From Marsupella aquatica (Eukaryota; Plantae; Marchantiophyta), in the NCBI GenBank assembly GCA_973895155.1, contig OZ316898.1, positions 10,320,286 through 10,384,285 of the forward strand: a stretch of 64,000 nt of DNA, written 5' to 3'. Both the position numbers and the translations under genes were made by a program. The notes beneath the pieces were generated by a model. That model was given only the letters and a program-made list of their open reading frames with translations. It made no database searches and was not told the origin of the DNA. Positions 13,801 to 27,462 of the stretch are shown here, piece by piece; position 1 is the first letter of the stretch, and each line of letters begins with the position of its first letter.

Positions 13801-14896
13801 ATCTTATGTAAGTCTGGTACTCGGACGACGTCACCGTGTGCAGCCTTGGGAATCTTGCAAATTGTCGTTAGCTCCCACTTTACCGTTTTGCCTGCCTACA
13901 GATTCGGTGGAATACTGGAATGGTAGGATTGAGTACCGTACCGTAAATTCGAATGAATGCACTGTACCACCACCACAACAGCACAACTGGTAATCTGGTG
14001 GTAATCCTAAACGTGCGGGAGATGGTGTTGTGTGTGGTGTGGTGAGTGCTGCAATTCTGATCATACATTTTCTTTCTTTCGTAATCAATTCTGATCATAC
14101 ATTTTCTTTCGTTCGTAATCCTTTGCTCTATTTTTCTTGGGTGGGATTTCTGATGATTATGTGATACATTGGACGCATGTTTAGACTTTAGAGGGCATTA
14201 TACTCCCCAAATGCTCTAACAAATACACAGGGAAATAAGATCACAAAGAGCAGTAAGATCCATAACACTTCTGGCAACTGGTCTTGGGGTTGTACTATTT
14301 TGATCCGTGATTAGCTTGGCTGGAGGATATCTAATTTTAGGCACAAAATTTCATTACGGGTCATGCTTTTTAATCCATGGTCCTTCAGTGTACATAGCTT
14401 TAACCCTCTCGGGTTCACCACCCTTGGGTTACATCGCATAACTCCCCTGGGGCCATGTGTTACCCTACACCTTTTTTCTGGTCTCTCCCTGTGCACCATT
14501 GTCTTGCCCCAAGGCAAAACAGGGACTTTGATAATTTCTACCGCAGGGAAAAGGAATCTGAGGTTTTCATAAACAAGTTGTCTAACTTTTTTCCTTGACT
14601 AGCTTGATTGCCCAGCTTTGCTCAGACCCATTGTTAGGGGGCGTCTCTAACCTGCTCTTTCCCTTGTTTTCTAGTCAGTTGCTCTGAGAAACTATAAGTC
14701 CATTAACCTGATCAAAACCCAACTATTGGGAAAAATCCAGAGACAGGTTTTAAATGCTCCCCTGGGTCAACTGGTGCCGATGATTCATAAAAGGTGTTGA
14801 TGCATATAACACAGAGTGATTTTTGGTGTGGATGTTGGTGTGCTGACCACCCGAGTTGCTGACCATTTTGGAATTATGACAAATTCTTGGTTTATG

Positions 14897-15236
14897 TGTT
14901 GAGCATAGACTACAATCGCAACGACAAGTCCATGAACCATCCAACGCACAAGTATCTACATCGAGAAATACGTGGTTCACTTTCACATGAGGCTACGTCC
15001 AGGGAACACACAAGAGCTTTATTACACTCTTGACCGACCGGCCATACAAAGCATCCACAACACAAACTCTCCCTATCTCTCAACTGGCTCCATTATAACG
15101 AACCTGATTTCCTACTATCCAAGCAAACACCGTTTGGGTACAGTGTGTGCATAGCATGACTAACCTAACCTAGTTTGCGACTAATGTCCTAACTGCGTTA
15201 TAATTGTTACTATAGACCTAAGAGTAAATCCTAACA
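14897..15236 (-). mobile_element. Solo LTR (family A, copy 1)
   Basis: TG...CA ends (TGTTGAGC...CTAACA); near-TSD TTATG/CTATG; homologous to 27157-27462 and to 45017-45361 (inverted). Confidence 0.85.
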
Positions 15237-16842
15237 CTATGACCTGGCCCACGACATTCAGGTCACAGAAATCTCAGGGAATGAGCTGGTTTAAGATGGC
15301 CAATTGTTGCCTTCCCCATTTGTTCCCAAACTTAGTTACACTCTAGAGTCGGTGTCTAGACAAGGTTCAGAGTGTAACTTTAGACCCTGAATTATTACTT
15401 AGATTAGCCCTTTCCGTAAAGTTCAGGACACTTTTCATGCAATTATAGCAAAAAAATTTGAAATAAAAAATTATCCATAACTCCTTAACTAGGCGTGACT
15501 TGGGTCTCTTTTAGTAAAGTTTGCACTAAAGGAACCAATCGAGCATGAAAACTTTACAGAACTGTTTTTCAAACAAAATTGATGCTATAAACTTTCTCAA
15601 CTTCTTTCAAAAAACCTTTAACATGCACCACTCAGAATTCACAGATAGGTCTATTGTGTAAATGATTCTTTTAATTTTTTTGCTAGCCTTTACAGTGACT
15701 TGTGCGTGTAGGATTATTCTTAACAAGGAAAAGTATGGATTATTAATTTGGTAAATAATAGCTTCTATCTAGTGAAAATCTACTGGTTAAGTACATCAAA
15801 TGTTGAGATTTGGGAAATGGTGGAACGTGGGCAGTCTCACAACAGTAGAGTTTATGTTAAAAAAAACATGTTACAGTACTCCTTGAGCCTAGCCCACACA
15901 CTTGGCAGCCTAGCCCACACACTTCTATCACATGAATTCAACACTTCCCAATGGCCATGTTATAGGCCTGGCTGATAAAAGACCTAAACCAATACTCAAA
16001 AATCCTCTACACCAATGAACTCCCCAGCAGGCCATGTTACAAGCTCTGGCCCTATCTGGGTGACTGGCAAAATGAGTGTATATTTGAGACCCCCATTTCT
16101 AGACTAAAACGAGCAAAATGGGTGTATATTTGAGACCCCTTATACTAGAGTAAAAAGCAATGGTGTAATTTTCGGCTCCCTGTGCTTCCATACTCCCATC
16201 TCCTGCCCCGGGGCAGAGAAAGGAATTCTGCATTCAAAAAGGAATTTTCATCATGCCCGCGGGCAGGTACGTGGGGGTACGAAACATAGAATAATGGGTC
16301 GACTGATTTCCGGGTTGGACAGGCACGTCCTACATTGACGGTCGAGATTCTGTCAGTGTGTTCAGTTTAGGAGATCTGACCCGTCAACTACTGCCCGCCG
16401 GGGGGAACTGATAGGCTTTTTGAACTACGAGTAGATAATGGGTGCCTTCATCATGGTGACTGACAGGAATCTTTTGTTTGGTTTCTTGACCCTTATTTTA
16501 GGGCCTTGAATTCATGTGAGGTTCAGATTGCGTGTTGTGGAAAATGGTCTCTTAAATGCCTGTCAGACAAAGCGGGCCTAGTGGACGAAAATAGTTTTGC
16601 GCATTGTGCCATTCTGTTACAGATGAGCTTGACGGTTGTCTTTTGAAAGAAAAATTCACAGTTTTTATAATTTTTGTGATAATTCATATCCCTCCAGGTA
16701 CACCTTTGATAAATATCAGAAACAAAAACACCAATAAAGGGGGTGGAGAGAAAGGAAGAGGGAGAGTTCCCAAGAAGACCATTGAGGATTATATCATCAT
16801 ATAGCGGTAAGTCACTTAGGGTAATAATAACATTTCACTTGG

Positions 16843-16924
16843 AGACCTATGGTTGCAGAATCAGATGGGACCCTATGGTTGCTGAATCAGATGGTACCCT
16901 ATGGTTGCTGAATCAGATGGGACC
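16843..16924. repeat. 26-bp tandem repeat x3
   Basis: CCCTATGGTTGCTGAATCAGATGGGA repeated head to tail. Confidence 0.9.
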
Positions 16925-18950
16925 TTGAAATACATATGAACTGTGTGAGAGTTTCTGTTCTCATTTTTGTGTGGGTTAAGTAGAAATGTTGTGTTTGGAT
17001 GTCCATTAAATATATCTCTCTCATCGTTTGACTACATATTTTATAACCTTGTAGAGATCTTGCTCACATATTTAAGTAGGGAGTGTTTGCTGGCTGCAGA
17101 AGCTACTGTAGGGAGTTTCCTCTTTGTCAACCTGGCACTAAAATTAATTGTCAAATTCTCCATGAGCCAAGGGCAACTGTTAGACCAGAGGAGATTTTGG
17201 CTATTTTTTTTTCAGAAAATGTCATCAACTTCTATTTGTGTCATTGCTAGGCACCATTTGGAGAAAGGATTTGGACAATGTCACCATGTTACATTTGCCT
17301 CCTTACCAGGCACGATTTGGAGGAAGGATTTGGTAAATATTCTTCGAGGAAAAGTTATGGAGACCTCCTGAGTCTAACAATTCAGCAAATTTTCTTGTAT
17401 GTTCTTTTTGAGGAGTTGAACTAATCCTTCTCTTTTTCTTGGTAACGTGGAGAGCAAACTAGATGATCATTTGAGCATGATCTCTTTTGAGCAAGAGTAC
17501 GGCAGATATCCTGTTTTATTACCTAGATTGAATCGTAGTCACAAATTTTCAGACAAACGTCTAATGTCACCTTTTAGATGAGGATCACTTTAGGAATGGG
17601 AATACACCGATTCTACATGGTACTTCGCATGGCCCATTCAACCCGTGTCTGGGGTACTTTCTGTTTTTCTTTGAGACCAGGTAATAGTTTAAAATGGCTC
17701 CGATACATGAAAATTTTAGTGTAACGCAATTACCGAACCTGGAGATCGGTGCTCCCAAGTCTAAATTGAGCAACTTGAGGATGGCCAAACCCGGCGGAAA
17801 CATCTGCCCGTCTTAAACCTATTAGGCACTTCTAGGTGTCCACCTCCCAGATTTATGGAGCTCATATATCTAAGAGCCCATTGCTACCATACCTGCTAAG
17901 TACAGTAAAATGAAAACAATTTGGATGTTTCCCCTTATCTATAGCGCCGTCTCTGCACAACCTGGTGGTATCATACTGAAGAGAGCTACCAACCCTGAGA
18001 AAAGACGGCCAATAGATCCTTGGACAGTAGACTCAGGAAGTGATGATAAAACGACAGACAAGATGGCAGGCAAACTTTACATGAAACAAAGGTGGCTCAG
18101 TCGCAAAGTAAATCCATCACCTTACATGAATTGTAGTAGCAGTTCACATGGGGCGCTTCCCCAGACCATCTGCACCGTTCAGAATGCTAACAGTCTATGA
18201 ACACGGGAACACAATGAAAGGCCCATATAGTTATAACGGCTCTACAACTCTGGTGTAAAATACACATTTACAGACGAGCCTTCTACCCACGACCCCAACA
18301 GCACTACACATTTGATTGGACCGTCTTATTCAACCTAGCACTAACAAGATGGTCGCCATGACCTCATCGCTCGGACAATTGGAGTCCCAGTGCCGCCTTG
18401 CAAGCATGTGAAGGCATTCATTACAGCTTAAAACAGAAGATGGTCACCACACCAGTGAGGACTCCAGCTTCTTGGCACGCATCACACTCCATTTGCTCGC
18501 CTCATATCATACTTTCTTGGGTTCTATCAATATGCACATGTACTTTATCTGCAACACGGGCGTTGGGCATGACAAATAGATCCCTCTTTAAGTGACATCA
18601 CTACATCGCCATCTCCTTGACCTAGTCCTACGAAGGAAACATCATGGCAGCAATGACCAGCATTTCATCACAACCCTCCTGGCCAACACAAAATCCACTT
18701 TTATGGCCACTTCATTGATACAACACAACCTTCCAAAACTAGCACATTTGTTTCCCCTAATCGAGGGAGGGAAACGAAGATGCTACCTACATTCAAGAAT
18801 ACCTAATAGCTCTAGAGCCATGAGAAATCGAACTGTTACATGTTGAAAGGTTGAGGGAAGAATACGTGATGTGTCCATATTTCAACTATTGCATTCCGCC
18901 AGCACTTCTGAGGACAAAGCCCCCCAACAAGGGAGGACAATCTAGGAAAG

Positions 18951-21900
18951 CTAAGCCAGCATGCTGAAAAAATTGTTCGCATACTGCATTGGCCTGACAT
19001 TAGGATGGGGCTGTTGCAAAAAAAACCACAAATATATTAGAACCTTCCAAAGGTTTAGGGTTTAGGTTGAGCAGAGAGACAACGCACAGATTTTAAGCGC
19101 CTGAAGAACAAAGCAGAACAGGCGAGAACCAGAAGTGGAAATTGAGAAGTCTAGGGGACTACGCATCTCGTTTCCGATACGTAGCTCATAAGTCAAGCCC
19201 ACAACTGAAAACAATTTTATCAGAGAACTTACCACAGCAGAAAAAGTTGTAAACTTCGGCTTCAAGTTCGAGGCCTGCAGTCTAATAAAAGCTCCTTTGT
19301 TGCCCATCTATGGAACAGATCATGATAACGACGACCATACAGAAGAGAAATTAGGGCGACTCTCTAAATTATTCTCAATATCACTCAAATTTGGTTCAAG
19401 GTTCATAGGTCAACAAGATTGTACGACATACGGACTGGTATTGGGTTGAACTTGGGTCTGCAGGTCAAACAACTGTCAAGTGAAAGGAAAACCATAGCAT
19501 CAACACAAGGTACTTTGATGGATAGATGAGCACCTGGTCACAATAATTGGGGGCAGAGAAAACAGTGTAGAGCTTTCCATCATGAGTCTCCTCATACCCC
19601 TCATCCTTCACCTCATGAGATCTTATTACCACATCTATTCACCAGTGAAAAGCGTGAGAGTCAAAATTTTCAAATTACACAAGAGAGAAACATTAGTCAT
19701 GCACAGAGCCGCCATATTTAGTCTTGCACGTTAATAGCCTGTAAACTTCCAGAAATGTCGAAATCCATTTGCGTAATCAGGTTTTCACCCTTGTCTGAGT
19801 AATCAAAGAAATTTGAGAGTAGCCCTTCACAAAGCTCACCAAGATTGTTGTCTTTCAAAAATTGCTTTGTAACATCCGACCCAAATGCAACCCCAACACC
19901 TCTTTTACTTGGTATACGACCAACACCGGGATGTGGATCACTCCACAACAACTCCGACATCAACCCTGTACATGTTCCAGTATAGTGACATGAGAATTAG
20001 CTGATAGATTTAAATATATATTAATAACATCAGAATTAGCTGATATATGCAGCAGCATAAACCTTACTTGCTGTTCCAAAACAGTGTTAAGAGGGATGCC
20101 CATCAATGATTAAATGCAAAGACTTTCGCACCACAATTTGAAAAAGCTTTTTGAGTTCCTAAATCAAAGCCGGAAGCCTACCTTCATCAGGAGGCTCACG
20201 GAAACGGTTTATGGCACGAATATCATTAAGCTTCACTCCATCTGAGCTGAATAGGCCCCCATGTACAACGAAAACTTTTTCGTTGATCACATTGGCAAGA
20301 GGAAGAGCACAGAAGACTTCCGTAAACAACTCTGCCATATGTTCGTTGTACTTGGTTTTCACTTCACCTTCAAATCCATAGATTTTGTTCATACTCTTGC
20401 TTTCATGATTTCCTCTCGATAGAAAAAGCCCTGCATGATCAATTGCTACATTCAGTGTACAATAGTAGCTATCGACTGAAGAAGTATAACTGTGAGGACA
20501 CTGCACAGTGACCGTACAAGACAATGCAAGCATGCCCCTTACACAGTCATAATAATTTTTGCAAATCAGCACCCGCATGGATCGGTGAACCATTCATTAT
20601 TCACCACAACGATTAAAGGAGAATAAGGTTTTCAAGACTCTGGGGTGAGTGATGGAAATGTAGGAGTGAAAATACCATTTGGATACAGGCATTTGAAGGC
20701 AAAAAGGGTGAGGATGCATTCCACAGAAAATGAGCCACGATCCACAAAGTCCCCATTGAAGAGGTAGGGATTGTCGTCAGACGGTAGGCCATTTAGCTCA
20801 AATATATTCAGCAAATCAAAATACTGTAACAACCACAAGGAATCAAGCAGTTTTAGATTTTCTCTTCCGTACAACTTACCTATCATATTGACCGAGTTCA
20901 TCGCTACTAATGGGAATAAACTTCCACCCGCAAATGCATCTAGATTGCCCCTAAACTCAAACTTCTTGAGCCGCACGGCAAACGACAGCATAGATAATCA
21001 AGTGAATGATTTTAATCTTGAACCAGTGGGAGGTCACAGTTCATTTGTGTACTGACTGCACGACTCAACCTGATCAGAAAAGCGGCAAGAACACATACTG
21101 TTGAATGCACTAACCACCGTACGAAGAAAAAACACTGCACTATTCAATTAATATATGCAACATGAATGCATTGCCCTTTAGCAGTTATACATAGCTACAA
21201 TCAGGCATTCCGTATTCTTTACGCAAGAAGCATCTTTTAGAACTAACACGAATTCATATCAGCTAAACAGCGGGAAGGGTGAAAGAAAAATACCTGCCCA
21301 TGAATATCTCCACATACGGTAAAATGTCCCTTCTCAGGGATCGATATGTCAACTAGTGTTGGCAATGCTTTCAACATTGGAAGAATTTCCTGTAGTATTT
21401 GAAATGCGTATCTACAAATGAAGATATATTTCCACAGCATTAGAATTTCTGTTTTCAAAGAATTAACAGCAGCCCTATCAATCTAGTAAAAGTGAAATAA
21501 TGGCACAGAAAGTTTCTTCCTTCATTTGATTCAATCCTATGGCCTTTGCACCGTACCTTTTATGTATCTGCTTCTGATTTTTAAAATCTTCCATCATTTT
21601 TTTGACGAAACCTAAACTTATGTTATCTTCTATTCTGGCTCCTTGATATGAGTCTTCCACCTCTGCAGTCATTGAAGGCGTTTTTGTCACATAGATTAGA
21701 TTCCATCTACACTACAAATGGAAAATTCATGAAATAGCTCACGTCGACAGGACGATACAAACTGACATCTTCTCAGGCAATTGAAGCAATACGCCGCAAA
21801 CAAGGACAGTCTGGACACGCAAAAGCAGCAGACATCCAGGTCGCCCTCTGCAGAATATCCAAGCCATACCTATCGTATGATAATCCATAGTCACAGCAAC

Positions 21901-24369
21901 AGAGTTCCATTCCAGAGCGATAGCCTCTTCAAACCTAGACTTTGCAACAGCCTTCTCACACTCCCTGAGCTTCCTAGTGGCATCAGGGTCCTTGGGTACA
22001 ATTTTGGCGACCTGATCCAAGAGACAAAGGCAAAGACTATCAAAGGGAGGGGTATACAATATCGGAACGAAATTATACATAAAAAACAAGGGAAAATAAA
22101 TAAATCATGTTTTCCTCCGAGGAAGCCAATCGTGGATTGGAGGTTGCCCGAGCTAAGCCCTTGGCGTTTTTTCTCGCGTATCCAAGTTCAACAATTGAAA
22201 ACCCAATTTTCACACCTGAAAAAGTGTACACCAAATATTTTGAACTGAGGAGACGAATAGGTGCAAAGAAAGACACGTGAATGTACCTGCCGAAAGTCCC
22301 TTAGTGCTTCCTTGAGTTTTCCCATCGCCAAGTATGCAGCGCCTCTTCTATAGTAGCCCTGCAGGCAACCCTCAGAAAGGTCATAAAAAAGCAAGTAATT
22401 TCTGAGACGATACATTAAGCCCATGCCATCCCTGAGCTGCTCATAACTCATGAACCAGAACATTAATGATGCCTTTTACTTTGGACCATGCTCAGATAGA
22501 GTGGACACTGCCAGCAGGACCAGGCTGACTTTCAGGTCAATAGATAGGCCACCATGGTCTAAGGAGTCCTTACAAATGAACAAAATACAATTGTTGCCAT
22601 CAGTCGTACTGATATTTTCATGGTTGCTTCCATAGAAGATCCAATAGTAACCACTAAGCTTTAATGAAGCATGCACATCAAGGTTTCTCAAAGAGTCCGA
22701 TTTCAAGAAGCCAATAGTTCAGTCAAAGGTTTTGTCTCTGCCAGTAACAAATTACAGTCGAGAGCTTCACCTAGCTGAGAAAAAAATGACCACAATCAAG
22801 AATTTTAAATGGGAATTAAGTCGCCCATATACCTTTCATTTATGAACAGCCAATGACAACAGAATAATGGGGTAGAATGCGAGATGGAACGAGGCTAAAA
22901 GGTCTAGGAAAGACGCTGAGCCATTTCTTTGCGTGATGGCTGGGACTCGGACGTACAAAATACGTGGTATTCAGAGCTGCCCAAGTATTGCAGTTATCAG
23001 ATATGAGGAAAGTGTCGTGTAATTTCTTGAGAGGCGATCAGGGTCCGAATTTGAGAGAGTGCATCAAGCTCATCTTCACAACCCTGTCCTACTTCTCAAG
23101 ACCACGTGGAAGGTCATATGTGTATCAAGCTCAACAGCGATGGAAATTTATGCTATAATGTTTTGGATCGTGCGCACATTCACGCGTTTAACGAAAGAGC
23201 ACTTCCAGCTATATTCCATTAGTCTAATAAGACCTTCTTGCTAGTCGAACAATTAGTTCTAAGGGTGACTGTCGATTCAAAGTTTAATATCAATAAACCT
23301 CCTAAAACTGACATGTCAATGAACTCAACGGAGTAGGATGTGGGTGAGCCAGTTGACCTCCACGTCGGCCACAATTTTAAACCCTAATTATCAAGTGTTC
23401 CGACTCGTCCTTGGGAACATTTCCTTACAAAGTATGGGTGAGTGAATGGTTCTGAAGGTCAGCCGTTTCTAACTGCAAACTTCAATAAAGGGCGTGCAAG
23501 AAGGAGAATTACTTATCACAAGGGCTGACACAGAGACTCTAACCCACTGCTCTTTCCCAATTGAACGAGTTCACGTTGTCATTTATGAGAGGGCATACGC
23601 TGCTGATTATGGGAAGAGAGTCCATAACCTCCTCCTTGAAAGACTTTCACGCATTGACTGAGGACAAAGAATGTGCGACTAAGGAAACCGAGAATATGAC
23701 TACCTGCTACTTCTATGTTTTGTAATGTACTGAGGAGACGAATGTACCTTGATGTACTTAGGATTAAGCTCGATGGAGCGTGTAGCATCCAGAATAGCAC
23801 TCCCGTACTCCTCCAATTTTGTGTGAGCAAAAGCTCGGTTGGAGTAAAATACCGCATTTTCGGGATTCAGTTCAATTGCCTCCGTGTAAAGTTCGACAGC
23901 CCGGACAAATCGGTGAGCTGCGAGGTTCACACGAGAGGAATTTAACACATCAGCCGCGCTCATGCTAAGTTTCCGCTAGGAATTCTAGTAGAAAACACCG
24001 ATCTCCTAAACCACTCTTCAAGAGTGTAAACGCGCATCGGAACTAGAGAAATTGCAACCCCGGAGAACATCCAAAATTCAAGATCATTCTCGATGGGGAA
24101 ATCCGAATCAATCTCTCAATATTCCTCAATCAATCTAGTACCAAGGGATAAAGGAGAAAGACCTAACCCCACGAGAACAATTGCAGAGGTCACATTCGGA
24201 CTACCATTGATTAGGGACACTGATACAAAAATATAATATGATTTTACAAGCAGGAAACAGAGGACATGAGAAATGAAAAACCTTGAAATGCCGCATTTGC
24301 TGAAGCCTTGAGCTCCTCAGACTTCTTCTCACTGTCCGTCGCCGAAGCACAGCCATTCACGCCGGCCAT
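18951..24369 (-). CDS. PP5: Serine/threonine protein phosphatase 5 (TPR repeats + PPP catalytic domain), 12 coding exons
   Basis: Exons 24369-24282, 23917-23748, 22358-22287, 22011-21870, 21662-21557, 21411-21294, 20823-20676, 20430-20182, 19965-19840, 19634-19534, 19307-19233, 19010-18951. TPRs ([22 protein letters not shown]; GYYRRGAA), PPP motifs GDIHGQ, GDFVDRG, RGNHE, HGG, LLWSDP, RSHE, SAPNY, and the PP5 C-terminus [19 protein letters not shown]. Confidence 0.97.
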
Positions 24370-25359
24370 TCTTCCCGCCGCACGAGAAGAACAATGACGC
24401 CTATCGTTACCAAGGCCGCGGTCAAAGCCCTCTACTCCCTCCCTCACCTGCTGATGCTGAACTCCTGACCCTTAGCCAACCACAAACACCAACACAACGA
24501 GCTCCTGACCTACTTCTCGTTGCCACAACGCACACTACGTATCTAGTACCACCTCCTACGCGTTACGCTGTCTTGAATCCCACTCTTGGCAGCCAACTTC
24601 CCATCGCCTCCCTCCCGCCACGCAGCCGTAAACACACCGCCACAACCGCCATCTTGTCCCAATCACAGAAACCGCACTCCAAGATCTTCCAACATCTCCC
24701 TAAACCTGAGCACCGAATCCAAATTCTGCGCCCTCGTATTCCGAAAAACCTAGACTGTGCGAGCAACCGCAGTTGACGGATGATGATCAACAATCCGATG
24801 CCGACGACGAGGGAGAACAGCACTACAACCCCAGCGCATAGAAAAACCTTCCACAAAACTCGAGAAAGGCCAGAAGCAAGCAAGCAATGTGGCAAAGTGA
24901 GTAGAGCAACAAGGACCACCTACACGAGGATCTCCGTGTGGCAGGACGAGAAATGAAGGCGAGGCCCCAAAGCAAACCAATCGAAAAGTACCGGTCGAGT
25001 GGACGGGAGCGGTGAAAAAACCTTCCGCAGGACTCAAAAAAGGCAGAGCAAGGAAGCAATCTGGTAGAGTAAAGCGAATGGCACAACAAACGACCAACCA
25101 CCGTACTACAGTAGGACGAGAAAGAGAGGGGGGGGGGAGGTGGATTTCCGAGGGAGGGGACCACGCAAACGGAGGGACCGGTAGATGAGATTGGAAGTCG
25201 AGGCGCAGCTTGTGGAGAATATATGTAATTCTCGTAACGAGGGGGGGAATTGTGAGCGGAGGGGCTACGCAATCGGTCGGAAGGTACCGGTCAAGAGAAA
25301 TGGACGCGCAGCAGCACTGCAGCAGGAGAGGAGAGGAAGGTAGAGCGGAGCTTCGTCGA

Positions 25360-26357
25360 CTCTCTCTGTCTCTCTCGCTCTCTGTCTCTCTCGACGTTGC
25401 TGTTCTCTGTGTTAATAATTCGTCGTGTTAATTCCGCTAACCAGCTGCGTGCGTGGCCCCTCGCCTCCCCTCCCCTCCGCTGCGCACGGTTATGGTTTGC
25501 GTCATTTTTTAAAATGTTTTTTTAAGGAATGCCACCTTGTGTTAAATTACAGTCATTAAGGACAAGAAGCCAACAATATGGAACAAAAGCCAGATGGAGT
25601 GCTCAGATAGATTTAGACATTGTCCCGGCCCATCCCATGGACTGTGTAAAGCAATTGTAGTTTTTACACACAGAAAAAAAGGAACTAGTAGCCTATTGCA
25701 GTTGTAGTGTTTGACTACCATGGGGAGAAAGTAATCAAGACGTTATGGTGATCTTAAATAATGACATGACATATTCATGTATTTCAAATTCAAGGGCATC
25801 AAGTTACAAAGGAAACTTATTTGATTGTTGCGCATAGATCACAATCGCAGCGACAAGCTCATGAATTATCTAACGCATTTCGTATACGCATACGTGATTC
25901 ACTTCCTCATGAGGTTGAGTGGCACTTCCCCTCCCTCCGCTCTGCATGGTTGTGGTCGGGGTCATTTTTTCTTTCTTTTGTTAATTAACTAATGTCATCT
26001 TGTGTTAATTAGGGAGAAGAAACTAAGAATATTCCTTATCTAGTTTGTCTAGATTGATTCATGATCATTAGATCTCCCTATGCTAATGTGAAGTGTAGCT
26101 AGGCTGAAAACTGCACTCTCTCTCTCTCTTTAGTGGCTGGTTTCTTCTGCTAACCAGCTGCATGGCCCTTACTCTTCCCTTGCATCCTCTCTGTCCCCTC
26201 TGCTGCGCACAGTTCTGTTTCGGTCATTTTTTCTTTCTTTGGTTATTTAAAGAATGTCACCTTGTGTAATTAGGGAGAAGAAGCTAAGACTATTCCTTGT
26301 CTATTGTATTATAAGTGTTAGATTCTGGTTAAAGGAATTTGTAGATATGCTGGAAAC

Positions 26358-26413
<56 letters not shown>

Positions 26414-26800
26414 TACTTGTAGCTGGCTAGCTGGGCTTCTTCTTCTTCTAACCAGCTGGCTGGCCCTCCCCTCCCTTTCCCTGAGCTCCCTCCGTCGTGC
26501 ACACTTATGGTCAGGTCATTTTGAAAGTTTTTCCTTTTTGCCCAAATGCCACCTTGTGCAATTTTTTCTTTCTTTTGTTAATTAACTAATGTCATCTTGT
26601 GTTAATTAAAGAGAAGAAGCTAAGAATGTTCCTTATCTAGTTTTCAAGATTTATTTATGACCATTAAATCTCCCTACATTTAAGGATAACCCTCAGATTC
26701 AAGCTACTGGTTAGGTGGGAAACTAGCTAATCTAAGCAAATCTTTCTCTTTCTCTCTCTTGGCTGGCTTCTTCCGCTAATCAGCTCTGTGGCCCTTTGGG
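25360..26800. repeat. Degenerate tandem copies of a PP5-upstream module: (CT)n + CTAACCAGCTG + GGCCC + C-rich tract + GTCATTTTTT
   Basis: Module recurs at ~25437, ~25925 (partial), ~26150, ~26448, ~26776 (partial); long (CT)n at 26361-26409. Confidence 0.75.
25826..25914 (-). mobile_element. Truncated family-A LTR fragment
   Basis: TGTTGCGCATAGATCACAATCGCAGCGACAAG...CATGAGG matches the first ~90 bp of 14897 and 27157. Confidence 0.7.
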
Positions 26801-27156
26801 TTCCTGTTGGGTGCCCTTTTGTTTTTTGGAAGTGTGATGTAGACCTAAAGTTTCTGTGAAACATGTCTGGCACAGCAAACATGCCTTGTAACCCCACCTT
26901 GTACCCTTGAACATGTCTTGCACACACCAAGCATGGCTTGTAACCCACATTGTACCCTTGAACATGACCCTCTAGCACCCCACCTGGTACCTTTGCCTCA
27001 TAGGATGCCTAATGCTTTGATTGGTGCATTTTATTACTTTGCACACATAGCATGCTCTTATCAGTAAAGGCAACTCTATATGATATTACTAGCACTTGTT
27101 CATAAGTGCATGTGCACACTTAGCCTTGGTTTGCATTTAGGTATTTGTCGTCTAGT

Positions 27157-27462
27157 TGTTGAGCATAGACGACAATCGTAACGACAAGCCCATCAATCAT
27201 CCAAAGTACAAGAGTCGATACAGAGAGATATGTGGTTCACCTCCACATGAGACTACGTCCACGGGAACACACATGAGTTTTACTGCATTCTAGGCCGACC
27301 GGCCATACCAAACATCCACAGCTCAAGCTCTCTTTATCTCTCAACTAGCTCTGTAATAATGAGCCTGAGTGTGCACAGCATGACTAACTTAACCAAGTCA
27401 ACTAAAGATTAGCCTTAACTATGGTACAGTCGCAACTCTAGACCTAAAAGTAAATACTAACA
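27157..27462 (-). mobile_element. Solo LTR (family A, copy 2)
   Basis: TGTTGAGC...CTAACA with exact 5-bp TSD CTAGT (27152-27156 / 27463-27467). Confidence 0.92.
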
